32,879 nucleotides of DNA from Candidatus Rifleibacteriota bacterium (GTDB lineage: Bacteria > Muiribacteriota > Ozemobacteria > Ozemobacterales > Ozemobacteraceae), in NCBI GenBank assembly GCA_051747585.1, contig JBNJGH010000027.1:1-32879 (forward strand), in the 5' to 3' direction. The notes under the pieces were generated by a model that saw only the letters and a list, made by a program, of their open reading frames with translations, searched no databases and was not told the DNA's origin. Both the position numbers and the translations under genes were made by a program. This document shows positions 8,922 through 19,000 of this stretch, piece by piece. How positions within the stretch are numbered: position 1 is the first letter of the stretch; each line of letters opens with the position of its first letter.

Positions 8922-10169
8922 ATGAAAAAACAATTAACTGCAGAAATAATAACAATAGGAACCGAGCTTTTGCTTGGTGAAATTATAGATACCAATGCAT
9001 CTTTTATTGCCGAACAATTAAACAGGCAGGGTATTGGAGTTTTTCGTCGGGTTACGGTCGGCGACAACTTTAAGCGCTTAACCCGGGCTTTGCAGGAAGG
9101 TTTGCAAAGAGCCGATATTTTAATTACAACCGGCGGGCTGGGGCCTACTGATGATGATATAACGCGTGAAGCTATAGCCTGTGTTTGTAATGAACAGCTT
9201 CATGAAGATCATAAACTTCTTGAAGATTTAAAAGCATTATTTGCCCGGCGAAACCGCTCGATGACAGCCAATAATAAAAAGCAGGCAATGATAATAAAAA
9301 GTGCTGAGGCTCTTAACAACTCTTATGGCACAGCTTGCGGGTGGCTGGTCAGGTCAAAAGATAAAATAATTATTGCATTGCCGGGTCCACCTGAAGAAAT
9401 GAGGCAGATGTGGTTAAAGCAGGTTTTAAAAAAGTTGCCTGAAGCAGAAGGGCATTTTTACTTTACTACCATACATACTATCGGAACAGGTGAATCGACT
9501 CTGGCGGAAAAAATAGCAGATTTTACCACTGCAGCCAGTCCGGGTGTGGGAATCTACGCCAGAGGAATGGGAGTAGATGTGAGAGTCGGGGTTGTTAGCG
9601 ATTCAGCCGAAAAAGCGCAAAAGATTGTAGAGCCTGTGGCGAAAGAAATAGAGCTTCGTTTGGCAGAAAATATTTTTGGCAGAGATGAAGAAACAATTGT
9701 AAGCGCAATTAGAAAATTTCTTGATAATTTTAATCAATCTGTATCCTGTATGGAATCGGTAACAGGCGGAATGCTTGCTGCCTTTTTTACTGATTGCCCG
9801 GGTATAAGTTCCTGTTTTCATGGCTCGGTTACTGCTTATAATGAAAAAATAAAAGCCGACTTCGGTGTCAGCGCGGATATAATTAGTGAATATGGTGTAG
9901 TTTCAGAGCAGGTAGCAATTGAAATGGCCCGGGCCGCAAAAAAACAGTTCGCCACTGACTGGGCAGTAAGCACCACCGGGGTGGCAGGCCCGAACCCCCA
10001 TGACGGCAAAAAGCCCGGAACCGCATATATAGGAATATCAGGTCCGGATATCAGCGAAGCTTTTTTTGTTGACTGGCCCGGCAGTAGAATGATGGTAAGG
10101 CAGCGTATTTGTAAAGCTGCTTTGTATAGATTGTGGGGCTGCTTGAAGAAGGTGCAGAATGAACGCTGA
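8922..10169 (+). CDS. cinA: CinA protein (MoCF-like ADP-ribose pyrophosphatase domain fused to PncC NMN deamidase)
   Basis: 'IGTELLLGEIIDTN', 'GGLGPTDDDITRE', 'LPGPP.EM', 'ESVTGG', 'G.VS..VA.EMA', 'TGVAGP'; start at MKKQL (ORF open from 8895). Confidence 0.95.
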   Translation: MKKQLTAEIITIGTELLLGEIIDTNASFIAEQLNRQGIGVFRRVTVGDNFKRLTRALQEGLQRADILITTGGLGPTDDDITREAIACVCNEQLHEDHKLLEDLKALFARRNRSMTANNKKQAMIIKSAEALNNSYGTACGWLVRSKDKIIIALPGPPEEMRQMWLKQVLKKLPEAEGHFYFTTIHTIGTGESTLAEKIADFTTAASPGVGIYARGMGVDVRVGVVSDSAEKAQKIVEPVAKEIELRLAENIFGRDEETIVSAIRKFLDNFNQSVSCMESVTGGMLAAFFTDCPGISSCFHGSVTAYNEKIKADFGVSADIISEYGVVSEQVAIEMARAAKKQFATDWAVSTTGVAGPNPHDGKKPGTAYIGISGPDISEAFFVDWPGSRMMVRQRICKAALYRLWGCLKKVQNER

Positions 10170-10683
10170 CCTGAGGCTTTTTTATGCCCTTGAAATTCCC
10201 GAATCTTTAAGAGACAAGCTTGAACAACTTTCATTTGCAGCTGATAAAAAAAAGTGGAAACCGGTCAAAAGACATCAATTGCACATTACTCTTGCTTTTA
10301 TGGGCTCGGTTAAAGATTCGGATATAGATCAGGTGATAGAAGCAGGAAATCTAACCGCTGAGTTGTTTTCACCGGTACCGATAAAAATTGAAGATACCGG
10401 TAAGTTCCCATTCAGAGGCGATCCGCGGGTCTGGTTTGCCCGGGTTGTTTCGCCGGAGCTGTGTAAACTTGCAGTATATCTGCAAAAGCAACTGATGCCT
10501 TTGGTTGATAATCGCCAATTCAGGCCTCATATTACATTGGCAAGAAAAAAGTCCGGTTATTCAAGACCAAAACAAAAAAAGATTCGCGCCGACTGGTTAG
10601 CCGACTCTTTTGTTTTATTCAAGAGTATTTTAACGGATAAAGGGCCAATTTATGAAGCCCTCGAACGTTTCGAACTCGTATAA
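10159..10683 (+). CDS. thpR: RNA 2',3'-cyclic phosphodiesterase (2H phosphoesterase)
   Basis: 'RLFYAL', two HxT motifs (LHITLAF, PHITLAR); overlaps cinA as in the common cinA-thpR pair. Confidence 0.9.
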   Translation: MNADLRLFYALEIPESLRDKLEQLSFAADKKKWKPVKRHQLHITLAFMGSVKDSDIDQVIEAGNLTAELFSPVPIKIEDTGKFPFRGDPRVWFARVVSPELCKLAVYLQKQLMPLVDNRQFRPHITLARKKSGYSRPKQKKIRADWLADSFVLFKSILTDKGPIYEALERFELV

Positions 10684-10685
10684 AC

Positions 10686-10725
10686 AAAAACAGGCTGCCT
10701 CATTTTTATGAGACAACCTGTTTTT
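10686..10725. terminator. bidirectional intrinsic terminator
   Basis: AAAAACAGG..CTCA-loop-TGAG..CCTGTTTTT between convergent genes. Confidence 0.75.
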
Positions 10726-10736
10726 ACTGAGCTTTA

Positions 10737-12071
10737 TCAGTAATTGAAGTTTGCTTCGTGTAAAGCTCTGATTCTTTCGTAAGCAACCTGTGCCTGTTGA
10801 GCTTTCTTTTTGTAGGGTGCGATATACTGAGCAATTATCTCGTTTCTGCGGTCGAGAAGGTCATCATACTCTTCTTCTGCTTCCCGAACGTCTTCCTGAT
10901 AAGGCCTTAAATATTCTCGTATGATTCTGTATTTGTTGTCCTGAATGTAGCGGTAATCGCGTTCGGCTCGATCCAAATTTCTTTTGGCATTATCGATGTC
11001 AAATTCAGTGGCGGTTTCAGAGTTTTGCACTTCTTTTAATTTTTCCCGGGCTCTTTCCAGGCGGCGGCGCGAGTTGTCTAGTTTATAATTGTAATGGCGG
11101 TCTGCGTCTCTTTTTGCTCTTCTTAAATCACGCTCTGCGTCGTCTATTTCTTCTCTGGCTCGGCGTAGTTTGTCTTCAAAATTGCGTTCTGCTGCTTCTC
11201 TTTGTCTTTGTAATATCTTTAATGCGGCATTGTAATCATTCTGGCTTCTATCAAGAATGCTGAAGCTGACTTTGGCAGGTGAAGCGCCCATATCTTCTGC
11301 AAGAAGATTTACAGCTTTTTTGTAGTCTTCGGTTGCTTGAACGAAGTTGTTTTGATAAGCCTGGGTTGCTTTAACGAGATATACATCAGATAATCTGCGG
11401 GCAAAATCGGGAAAATCTGCTTGTTTTTGCGGATAATCATATTCTTCTATCAGTTTTAAAGCAGTCAACTCGGCTGAATTGGCTGAGTAAGGTTCGAGAA
11501 TTTCAAAAAGCCAGTAAATTGAGTCTTTCATTCTACCGTCAAGTCTGTAACAATCAACTACTTCGAGCAGGGTAGCGTCAGATCGTCGCATTTCGAACAG
11601 CCATTTAATTGCTTGTTGATATTGTTTGAGTGCTTTATGGCAGCCGGCGACTCTGAATCTGATTTTATCAGTGCGGTTTTCTACTTTAAGGTAATATTCG
11701 ATGGCTTTTTTATAGTTGCCATGTTTTTCATAGCTGTAGGCAACCGAATAAACCATTTTCTGAACCTGATCAGATACAGATTTTACTTCTCTGTATGCCT
11801 TGTCAGTCAGTTTGTTTTGCTTCTCGATCTGAGCATCGAGGGCTTTCTTTTTACTACCCTGGAACCAGCCGCTGAAACCGTCATATTTTGATCGTTCCTT
11901 TTGCAGCTGGTCAAGCCTTAATTCAGGCTCAAGCATTTTTAATTCTTTTTGAATAAGTTCTTTTTCGAGAGCCTCTATATCATTTTCGTCTGCAGAGAAA
12001 GCGGGCAGACAAATCATTGCTAATCCAGCTGAAAAGAAGCCGGCAAAAATAATGTTTTTAGTTAATTTCAT
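10737..12071 (-). CDS. secreted TPR-containing coiled-coil protein, function unknown
   Basis: Signal peptide ending AFS-A; TPR-like 'VAYSYEKHGNYKKAIEYY' and 'VAGCHKALKQYQQAIKW'; long C-terminal coiled coil; AAAGGAG SD. Confidence 0.7.
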   Translation of the reverse strand: MKLTKNIIFAGFFSAGLAMICLPAFSADENDIEALEKELIQKELKMLEPELRLDQLQKERSKYDGFSGWFQGSKKKALDAQIEKQNKLTDKAYREVKSVSDQVQKMVYSVAYSYEKHGNYKKAIEYYLKVENRTDKIRFRVAGCHKALKQYQQAIKWLFEMRRSDATLLEVVDCYRLDGRMKDSIYWLFEILEPYSANSAELTALKLIEEYDYPQKQADFPDFARRLSDVYLVKATQAYQNNFVQATEDYKKAVNLLAEDMGASPAKVSFSILDRSQNDYNAALKILQRQREAAERNFEDKLRRAREEIDDAERDLRRAKRDADRHYNYKLDNSRRRLERAREKLKEVQNSETATEFDIDNAKRNLDRAERDYRYIQDNKYRIIREYLRPYQEDVREAEEEYDDLLDRRNEIIAQYIAPYKKKAQQAQVAYERIRALHEANFNY

Positions 12072-12089
12072 AATTGTCTCCTTTCAGCT

Positions 12090-13115
12090 TTATTGGTTTA
12101 AGTCCAGATAAATGTCGCCAAAATCAGTTTCGCTTTTGTAAACAGCGTTTCTTTTTGTCCCGTTTTGTCCGGTTACCCAGATTTTAACGACAGCGTTGTT
12201 GAAATGAAGTTTTTTAACGCCGGCTACATCTTTGTAAGTGCCAATTTTTTCAAGTCGGTTAAGGTGACCATTAGCAGCAAGATATTTAAATGGGTCTTTT
12301 TCGACGGTAGATTTGAAAAATCCTAGTTCGCCCATAACTGAATTACTGCGAGTGCGGTTCAATGTAACTTCAATACTGTTTTTACCTGACCAGAATCCGC
12401 CACAGGTTATTTCAACCATTGCTTTAAGGTCACTGTTGACCAGATCGCCGCCAAAATGATCGAGCAGAGCGTCAACGAGATATTTCTTTCCGGAAAAATA
12501 GAAATTATTTATTTTTTTGTCGTTGCCTTCTTCCTGGTTTTCGGCCAGAATTCTGCATTCATGTCTTTTAAAAATTGCTCTGAGATTATCTCTTCTTCGA
12601 TTCTTTTTGGTATCTGAAAGGGATATTATGGCTTCAACAATCGGTGTTTCGATGGTTATTAGTCGCTGTCTGCGACGGTTCATTAAAAGTTCGGGTGAAG
12701 TTGCCATTTCAAGATTACGATTAACTGTAATCTTTTTTTCTGCTTCGCTACTGTTGGAATTAATGAACTGTGCTCTTTGGGCCAGAAGCTTCTGGGCGTA
12801 GGCCGCTGTGTGTGAATTAGAGGCACTTTTGCTGCTGAATTCCGCCAGCAGGTCTTGAGCGGCTGAAAAATCCTCAGGCTTTTCAATTTCACTTATTAGT
12901 TCTTTAAGCCTGGTTTCTTTTCGGTCTGTTTGGTTGGCGATAGTTTCGTAGGCTTCTCTTTCGTCGCTTTCGGAGTTTTCGCTCAAAACGTAGGCAGTTT
13001 GGGCAATTCCTTTTGATAAATCTTCAAGAACGTTGTTAAAATCAGATTTGTCAAAAGCAAAACCGGTTACTGCAATAGCTGAAAAAATAAGCAGAAATGC
13101 AATTTTTCGAATCAT
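12090..13115 (-). CDS. secreted hypothetical protein
   Basis: 341-aa ORF with signal peptide MIRKIAFLLIFSAIAVTGFA; 18 bp from the next gene. Confidence 0.75.
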   Translation of the reverse strand: MIRKIAFLLIFSAIAVTGFAFDKSDFNNVLEDLSKGIAQTAYVLSENSESDEREAYETIANQTDRKETRLKELISEIEKPEDFSAAQDLLAEFSSKSASNSHTAAYAQKLLAQRAQFINSNSSEAEKKITVNRNLEMATSPELLMNRRRQRLITIETPIVEAIISLSDTKKNRRRDNLRAIFKRHECRILAENQEEGNDKKINNFYFSGKKYLVDALLDHFGGDLVNSDLKAMVEITCGGFWSGKNSIEVTLNRTRSNSVMGELGFFKSTVEKDPFKYLAANGHLNRLEKIGTYKDVAGVKKLHFNNAVVKIWVTGQNGTKRNAVYKSETDFGDIYLDLNQ

Positions 13116-13164
13116 ACTTGCAAAACCTTTCTCGTGTGGATTTAATTTATTTGTGTATATTTAA

Positions 13165-13180
13165 AGCAAAATTTATGCCA
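13165..13180 (-). promoter_or_regulatory. sigma54 (-24/-12) promoter
   Basis: Minus strand TGGCATAAATTTTGCT, GG-N10-GC spacing, about 50 bp upstream of ATG 13115. Confidence 0.7.
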
Positions 13181-13429
13181 TTTGTGTGGGCTCAGTCAGA
13201 GCAGTTGAAGGCCTGATGGTTGCTAAAACTGCTGAAAATTTGCCAATTAATGGCGAAGAATTAACATTGATTAAATTAAGCATCACACAAAGGCAATAAG
13301 CCAAAAAAAAGACAAAAATATAAAACGAAACCTTTGAAAAAACACTAAATAAACCCAGATGGTAAATTACTGATCTTACGATAAATACAGGGTAAGGTGC
13401 GTGTTTACATTGCATCGTTTAATGTGGCG

Positions 13430-13458
13430 TTGAAAATTAAGGGTGCAGAGGTTATATT
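13430..13458 (+). promoter_or_regulatory. sigma70-type promoter
   Basis: TTGAAA-17 bp-TATATT. Confidence 0.5.
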
Positions 13459-13492
13459 GGCTTAAAGATTTCAGCAAAGGATAAATTCTATT

Positions 13493-14425
13493 ATGTTTAA
13501 AAAATTAATGGTTAAGGCCCTGTTGCTTAACCTTTTCGTTGTTTCTGTCGCTTTTTCGATTCCCGAAGACAAGGCCGCAAAAACAACCAGTACTAAAAAT
13601 CCAATTCTAATGACTAACCAGATGATGCTCGTTTTTATGGAACGAATGAAAAACGCGGATTATGAAGAAGCCAGAGAAATCGCCAGTGAAATGACTTATG
13701 GTCACGAAAAATACAGGGATACTGCAAAGGTAGTTCATAAATCTTTTCATTCAATAATGGAAAAAGAGCTTTATGAAATGAAGCTGAAGCAGCAGGGTGA
13801 AAACAAAACTGTAAAATGGGTGCAGCAACCTTTGTCTGACGGCTTTTATTTGCTTGCCATGGTTGACTTTCAGCAGGGAAAACATGAAAGCGCTCTTAAG
13901 AATCTTCAAGAAGCAATCTCATGGAATCCGGTAAGATCAGCTTTTTATAACGAGCGCGGTTATATGTTGTTACGTAAAAAATCTGGCCCGGACCTTATTA
14001 TGGCCCAAATTGCCTATGAAAAAGCTTTGGAACTTGCCGACACCCCTGAAGATTTTGCAGCGGCTTTGCGCGGGCTGGCTTATGTTCTGGTAGAAAGAAG
14101 GCAACTGGCTAGAGCTCTTGCATGTTTGAAGCTTTCAAAAAAATACGATGAAACCAATCTCGATGCGGAAGAAGAAATGCTTTTTATTCGCCGGGCAGAT
14201 CCTGATCTTTTTGCTTCGATGTCAGAATCTGATGCCATAGAACTGCTTAAATCTACCGGTATTCAGGTAGAGTATTCTCCGCAACATTTAAAGGTCCTAT
14301 TGAAGCTGTGCAAACGGTTTAAGCGTGAAAATAATTTGGAAAGGGCCAGAGCGTTTTTGGAAAAAGCTGATCTTTTGTTTCCTGACAATGCTGAAGTAAA
14401 AAAGATGCTAAGTAATATCAAATAA
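13493..14425 (+). CDS. secreted tetratricopeptide repeat protein
   Basis: Signal peptide; TPR patterns 'FYLLAMVDFQQGKHESALKNLQEAISWNP', 'ALRGLAYVLVE', 'A...LEKA..L.PDN'. Confidence 0.8.
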   Translation: MFKKLMVKALLLNLFVVSVAFSIPEDKAAKTTSTKNPILMTNQMMLVFMERMKNADYEEAREIASEMTYGHEKYRDTAKVVHKSFHSIMEKELYEMKLKQQGENKTVKWVQQPLSDGFYLLAMVDFQQGKHESALKNLQEAISWNPVRSAFYNERGYMLLRKKSGPDLIMAQIAYEKALELADTPEDFAAALRGLAYVLVERRQLARALACLKLSKKYDETNLDAEEEMLFIRRADPDLFASMSESDAIELLKSTGIQVEYSPQHLKVLLKLCKRFKRENNLERARAFLEKADLLFPDNAEVKKMLSNIK

Positions 14426-14448
14426 GTTAATAATATTTTCCAAAACCC

Positions 14449-14481
14449 AGCGCCTGGTATAATTGATCAGGCGCTATTTTT
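14449..14481. terminator. terminator-like hairpin between convergent genes
   Basis: AGCGCCTG(G)T...A(T)CAGGCGCT followed by a T-rich tail. Confidence 0.6.
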
Positions 14482-15925
14482 ATTTGCCGACATGCGAAAA
14501 TTTATAGGGAAGATTACGGTATATTTTCCATAATCCGTCTTCTTTTCGCCAGACAACCTTAGCTTTAACAATTCCACTACTGATATCGACACCTGGTATC
14601 AGGTTGATAACCGTAACTTCGGCTTTGCATTCTACCGTAGCCAGGTCGGGCCCGTTAAATTCTATATTATCTATGCTGTAGCTTGCGATTTTAACATCCA
14701 TCGAATCGAATCTGGAATCTGCTACAGAGATAATGTCTGTATGAGTGCTGGTTGAATCAAAATCATTACCAAAAATAGAGGAAATTCGTTCTTCGAAAAC
14801 ATTGAGGTCTTCGATTGCCAGAGCTGCTTTTAACTGGGCATGTGCGTCTGCAATTTGTCCCCAGCGCAAATCCGCTCCGACTTGAGTCGGGTGTGTCTGG
14901 CGGTAAGGCAGATTTCGGTAAACTTTCCAAAAAGTCCCTTCTTTGCGCCAGATTGCATCGAAACAATAATCTTGATTAAACAAAATTTCTTCCGTTGGCA
15001 AATATTTTACTTCTACTTTTACACTTGTTCTTACCCTGGCTTTTTTGTCGGGTAGAAATTCAAGATCGTCTATTTTCCAGTCAATCTCTGTGTAGGCTTT
15101 TTTATCGAAAAATTCGTTATAATAAGAGAAAAAATCGTCCCAGTTAGATGTTGAATCCCAGTCATTGGAAAATGATGGTGATATATAGGCTTGAAGCAAA
15201 TCTGTGTCTTTTCTGAAAAAAGCGTTGGCTAGAATATCGTTGGCATCCCGTAGCAGGGTTTCTCGTTCAATTATTGTCTGGGCCGCAGTATTAGCCGGGT
15301 TTCTTACGGCAGGCAGCTCGTCGACATAGCCTGCAATTGCATCGGAATTCAATTGAAGAGCAAGCTTCAAAGCACTGGTAACACTTGCTACCATATCTTC
15401 ATACTCTCTGGCTCTGATATCTGCAGCAGTAAGATTTTTATCATAGTCCAGCGCCAGCTTCCAAATTAAAGCTTCGACAGTAGATTCAAGGTCGATCTGA
15501 GTGTCTGACAAGTCAGTATAATACAGTTCGTTAAGAGAAAGGCGCTTCATAAGGCGAACCTTCCCGGAAATGGCCTCAACAAGCATTTTATCGCTGACAG
15601 GCACACCGGTAAGTTGGTAACTTCCGTCTTCGGAAGCGTTGACACTAACTTCATTGGCAGCAACTTCAAATGTATTGTAGTTGGAAATATTGGTTAAGCT
15701 GTTTCTGATTGAACTAGTTAAATCGGTTTCTATTATTTCGTCGAGTACGATGCTGCCGGAAATTGAAAAGGTTTCATCATCATCTGGATCATTAAAAGTC
15801 AGGTCGCCTTTGCCGGTACAACCGTTCAAAACCAATAGAGAGACCAGCAGAACAAAGAATACAATAATTGTTGTAAACTTTGCTTTCTTAAAATAATCTG
15901 GAAATTTTGGAGAATAATTAGACAT
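14480..15925 (-). CDS. lipoprotein with two tandem NTF2/SnoaL-like domains
   Basis: Lipobox LNGC; two about 120-aa repeats sharing 'IS..F.ND.DSTS' and 'WRKE...WK.YRNLPY...H'; GGAGG SD. Confidence 0.7.
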   Translation of the reverse strand: MSNYSPKFPDYFKKAKFTTIIVFFVLLVSLLVLNGCTGKGDLTFNDPDDDETFSISGSIVLDEIIETDLTSSIRNSLTNISNYNTFEVAANEVSVNASEDGSYQLTGVPVSDKMLVEAISGKVRLMKRLSLNELYYTDLSDTQIDLESTVEALIWKLALDYDKNLTAADIRAREYEDMVASVTSALKLALQLNSDAIAGYVDELPAVRNPANTAAQTIIERETLLRDANDILANAFFRKDTDLLQAYISPSFSNDWDSTSNWDDFFSYYNEFFDKKAYTEIDWKIDDLEFLPDKKARVRTSVKVEVKYLPTEEILFNQDYCFDAIWRKEGTFWKVYRNLPYRQTHPTQVGADLRWGQIADAHAQLKAALAIEDLNVFEERISSIFGNDFDSTSTHTDIISVADSRFDSMDVKIASYSIDNIEFNGPDLATVECKAEVTVINLIPGVDISSGIVKAKVVWRKEDGLWKIYRNLPYKFSHVGK

Positions 15926-16093
15926 TTGTGCCTCCGCCTTGTTTCTCTAATCTTATATTTCGGCTTAAAAACGAACTTACCGAAGCTTTCAAATTTTGCC
16001 AGACAAAATAAAAAAATCTGTATAGAAGCAAACGGTACTATGTGCTACCCTCAGTCATATAGAGAGAACTTTTGTTTTACCTGGAGGTAATAG

Positions 16094-19000
16094 ATGGATT
16101 CGTCTTCTGAAAATAGCAATATGCAAACTAAAAAGCGCGGGGTCAGATTTTATTTAAAAATTTTTGTAACACTTTTTCTTCTAGTTGCGTTGACAATGGG
16201 AATCAGCGTTTATTATGTTTTTCATCAACTAACAACCGGGGATAAATTCGACGGTATGTTAATGGAAAAAATAAGCAAAACGACAAAATTAGATGTAAGT
16301 TTTGCCAGCCTTGATGTCTCTTTTCCTGATATAAGTCTTAAAGATGTAAGAATAGCTACTGATTCGAAAAATTTGAAACTTACATCGTTGGTGAAACAAC
16401 TCGATGTTACCCCCGACTTCTGGGCTGCGCTTCAGGGCAAACTGGTGCTCGATTCATTCAGCCTCAGTTCAACTACAGCCGAGTTAACTTTACCGGAAAA
16501 GGTCGAAGAAACCCCGAAAGACAAAGATGCGCAAAAAGGGAAAAAGGTCGATTTAAGTAATTTCAAGTTCCCTTTGAACAGCTTTTTTGCCGACTCGGTA
16601 ACGGTTATCTACAAACGTCAGGGTTGGGCAAAAACCTCTACATTTGTTTTAAAAAATGCGCGTCTTGAAAAATCTATTCTTTCGGCATCTTTACCCTTCG
16701 GTTTTGATTTAAATGCCGAAAATTATGGCCATGTTAAAGCAGAAGGTTCATTGAACTGGCCTGAAACTATAAAAGTTCAAATAATTGTAGATAATGTTAA
16801 TGAAGCTGAATTACTTAAGCTGATCCCTGGCGAATATCAAAATGAAGTGGCAAAGATTTCAAAACCGCAGCTCATGGCTGAGGCAAATTTTAATATTACG
16901 ACCCAAAAACTTGATTTTACCGAATTTAATCTTTCAGCTGAACCGGGAATAGTTATTAATGGCGATACAAGCATTACTTCTTTTTCACCTTTAAATGCCA
17001 AAGGGAAATTTGTTATGCAGGCAATGGGCGTGAAAACTCTTCATCAAATGGTTAAAGGTTATCTACCAAAAAATATTGTTGCAGAGTTCGAAAAAGGGAC
17101 AATCATACCATCTATTGAGTTCGAAGTTGCAGGCAATAGCCTCAAGACTTTGAACGCAGAATGCCAACTGGATAACATTGTAGCAACTGCTTTAGCTTTA
17201 AAGGAAAAGATTACTGTCGATAGGGGAACCATTGTTTATAAAGATAATAAGATTGAGATCCCTGTTTTAATGGCTGAAATTGCCGATTCCAGATTCTCCT
17301 TGAAAAACGGGCAAATCGGAATTTTACCTGTAAAATTTGTGTCTGAACTGAATGCCGATATAAATTTTACAAGGCTTTGGGGCCTGGCGAAAACTTATTT
17401 GCCTGAAGCCGCGGCGAGCTTTACTCCTGGGGGGCGGGCAGAATTCGATGGTAAAATTGTTTACCAACAGCAGAATTTTTCGGTAGACGGAAAATTAAAG
17501 TCCGACCACATTAGTTTGCAGGAAAAACAATATGAAGCCAAAGCCGATATTAACCAGCTTGACATTCTGTTTAAAGGGCTTGGTAAGCAAAGCGGAGAGT
17601 TAAAGGTTAGCAATCTTGCTCTTGATATTCTGGGTAGTCAGCTAAAAGTTTCAGGCTCTGTAAAGAACTCAAAAGATCCCGGATTTGATCTAAATGCAAA
17701 AGGGCAAATTGATCTTGGTAATTTTTCAAAGTTTGCCTCAGCCTTATTTAAATTGCCGGTTAAAGAAGACCAGTTTTCGGGCAATATAAATGTCGACCTT
17801 GCACTGGGAGGAACTCTAGCCGAACTAAAACCTGACGGCAAACTGGAGTTTAATAATGTTCGTTCAAGTTTGCCCGACCAGGGACTATTGATCGAGAATT
17901 TCAATGGCATAGCAAAAGCAGATGCAAATCAGCTGGTTGTCGAAGGTCTCAAGGCAAATTTGGCCGGTGGAAAGCTGGAATTATCGGGTAGTTTAAAAGA
18001 CTTTAAAAAACCGGTTGTCAAGGCAGATGCTGCTTTAAAAAACGCGGATATAAGTAGTATTCGTAATTTTCTCCAGAAAAACTTTGAAGAGTTTCCGAAT
18101 GAAATTGAAATGTCTGGCCGGACAGATGTCAGCTTGAAGCTCGGCGGGCAAATCTCTCAGCCTGAGATTAACGGACAGGCAGATGTAAAAGACGGTCGTT
18201 TCTTTCATCCGGCGATTTTCAGGCCTCTCGAAAAAATCAATGGCCCTGTGTCGTTTGATAATAAAGGCATGACCACCCAACGAGTTGCCGCCAACTGGGG
18301 CGAGTCGGCAGTTGTTGTGAAAGGGGCGGTTAAAGACTGGGGAAAACTTGAAACAGACCTCAGTTATGATGTTGATCCTCTGGCTGCAACAGATGCTTCC
18401 GGCTTTTTCCTCAAAGAGACCGGTTACAAACTCGAAGCTGCCGGAACAGGTAAAGGTAATGTGGTTGGGCCGGTTGAAAAGATTAAGGTAACAGGCAAGG
18501 CTGATTTGCCGAAAGGTGTCTTTTCTGCGCCGGTTTCAGAAGATAATAAAGATCATTTCAAGTTTCCGTTTACAGATTTGACTGCTTCTTTTTCTTATCA
18601 GGATAAAATACTTAATATTTTAAAAGCGAATGCAAAAATCTTTACAGGCACTGTTAACGCATCCGGAAAAGTCTATCTCGCCCGGGAACCAATAAAATTC
18701 AGTTTTGATACGAAGCTCGATCAGCTTGAAACCAGTGAATTTTTAAGAGCGAACACGAAATTTAAAGACGCTGTTCGTGGTGGTTTGGACGGTACGGCAG
18801 AAATTACAGGTAACACAACCGGATTAAATTCTTTAAATGGGAAGGCTTCTCTGCTTATGAAAAAAGGTTCTTATTCTTCTCCACCTGTGCTTCAGAAAAT
18901 TTTCAAGCAACTAAAGGCTGATCATCTTGCTTCGGGGCCAATTGATAATGTGTCTGGTGATTACAAGATTGCAAATGGGCGTATATCTTCAAATAATACT

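Noticed and set aside
8922..10725. cinA-thpR without a following recA
   Set aside because: Linkage to recA is common but variable, so its absence is not informative
13173..13415. 80-aa hydrophobic ORF in the divergent intergenic region
   Set aside because: No clear SD, AT-rich composition explains the hydrophobicity, and it overlaps the sigma54 promoter; not supportable without expression data
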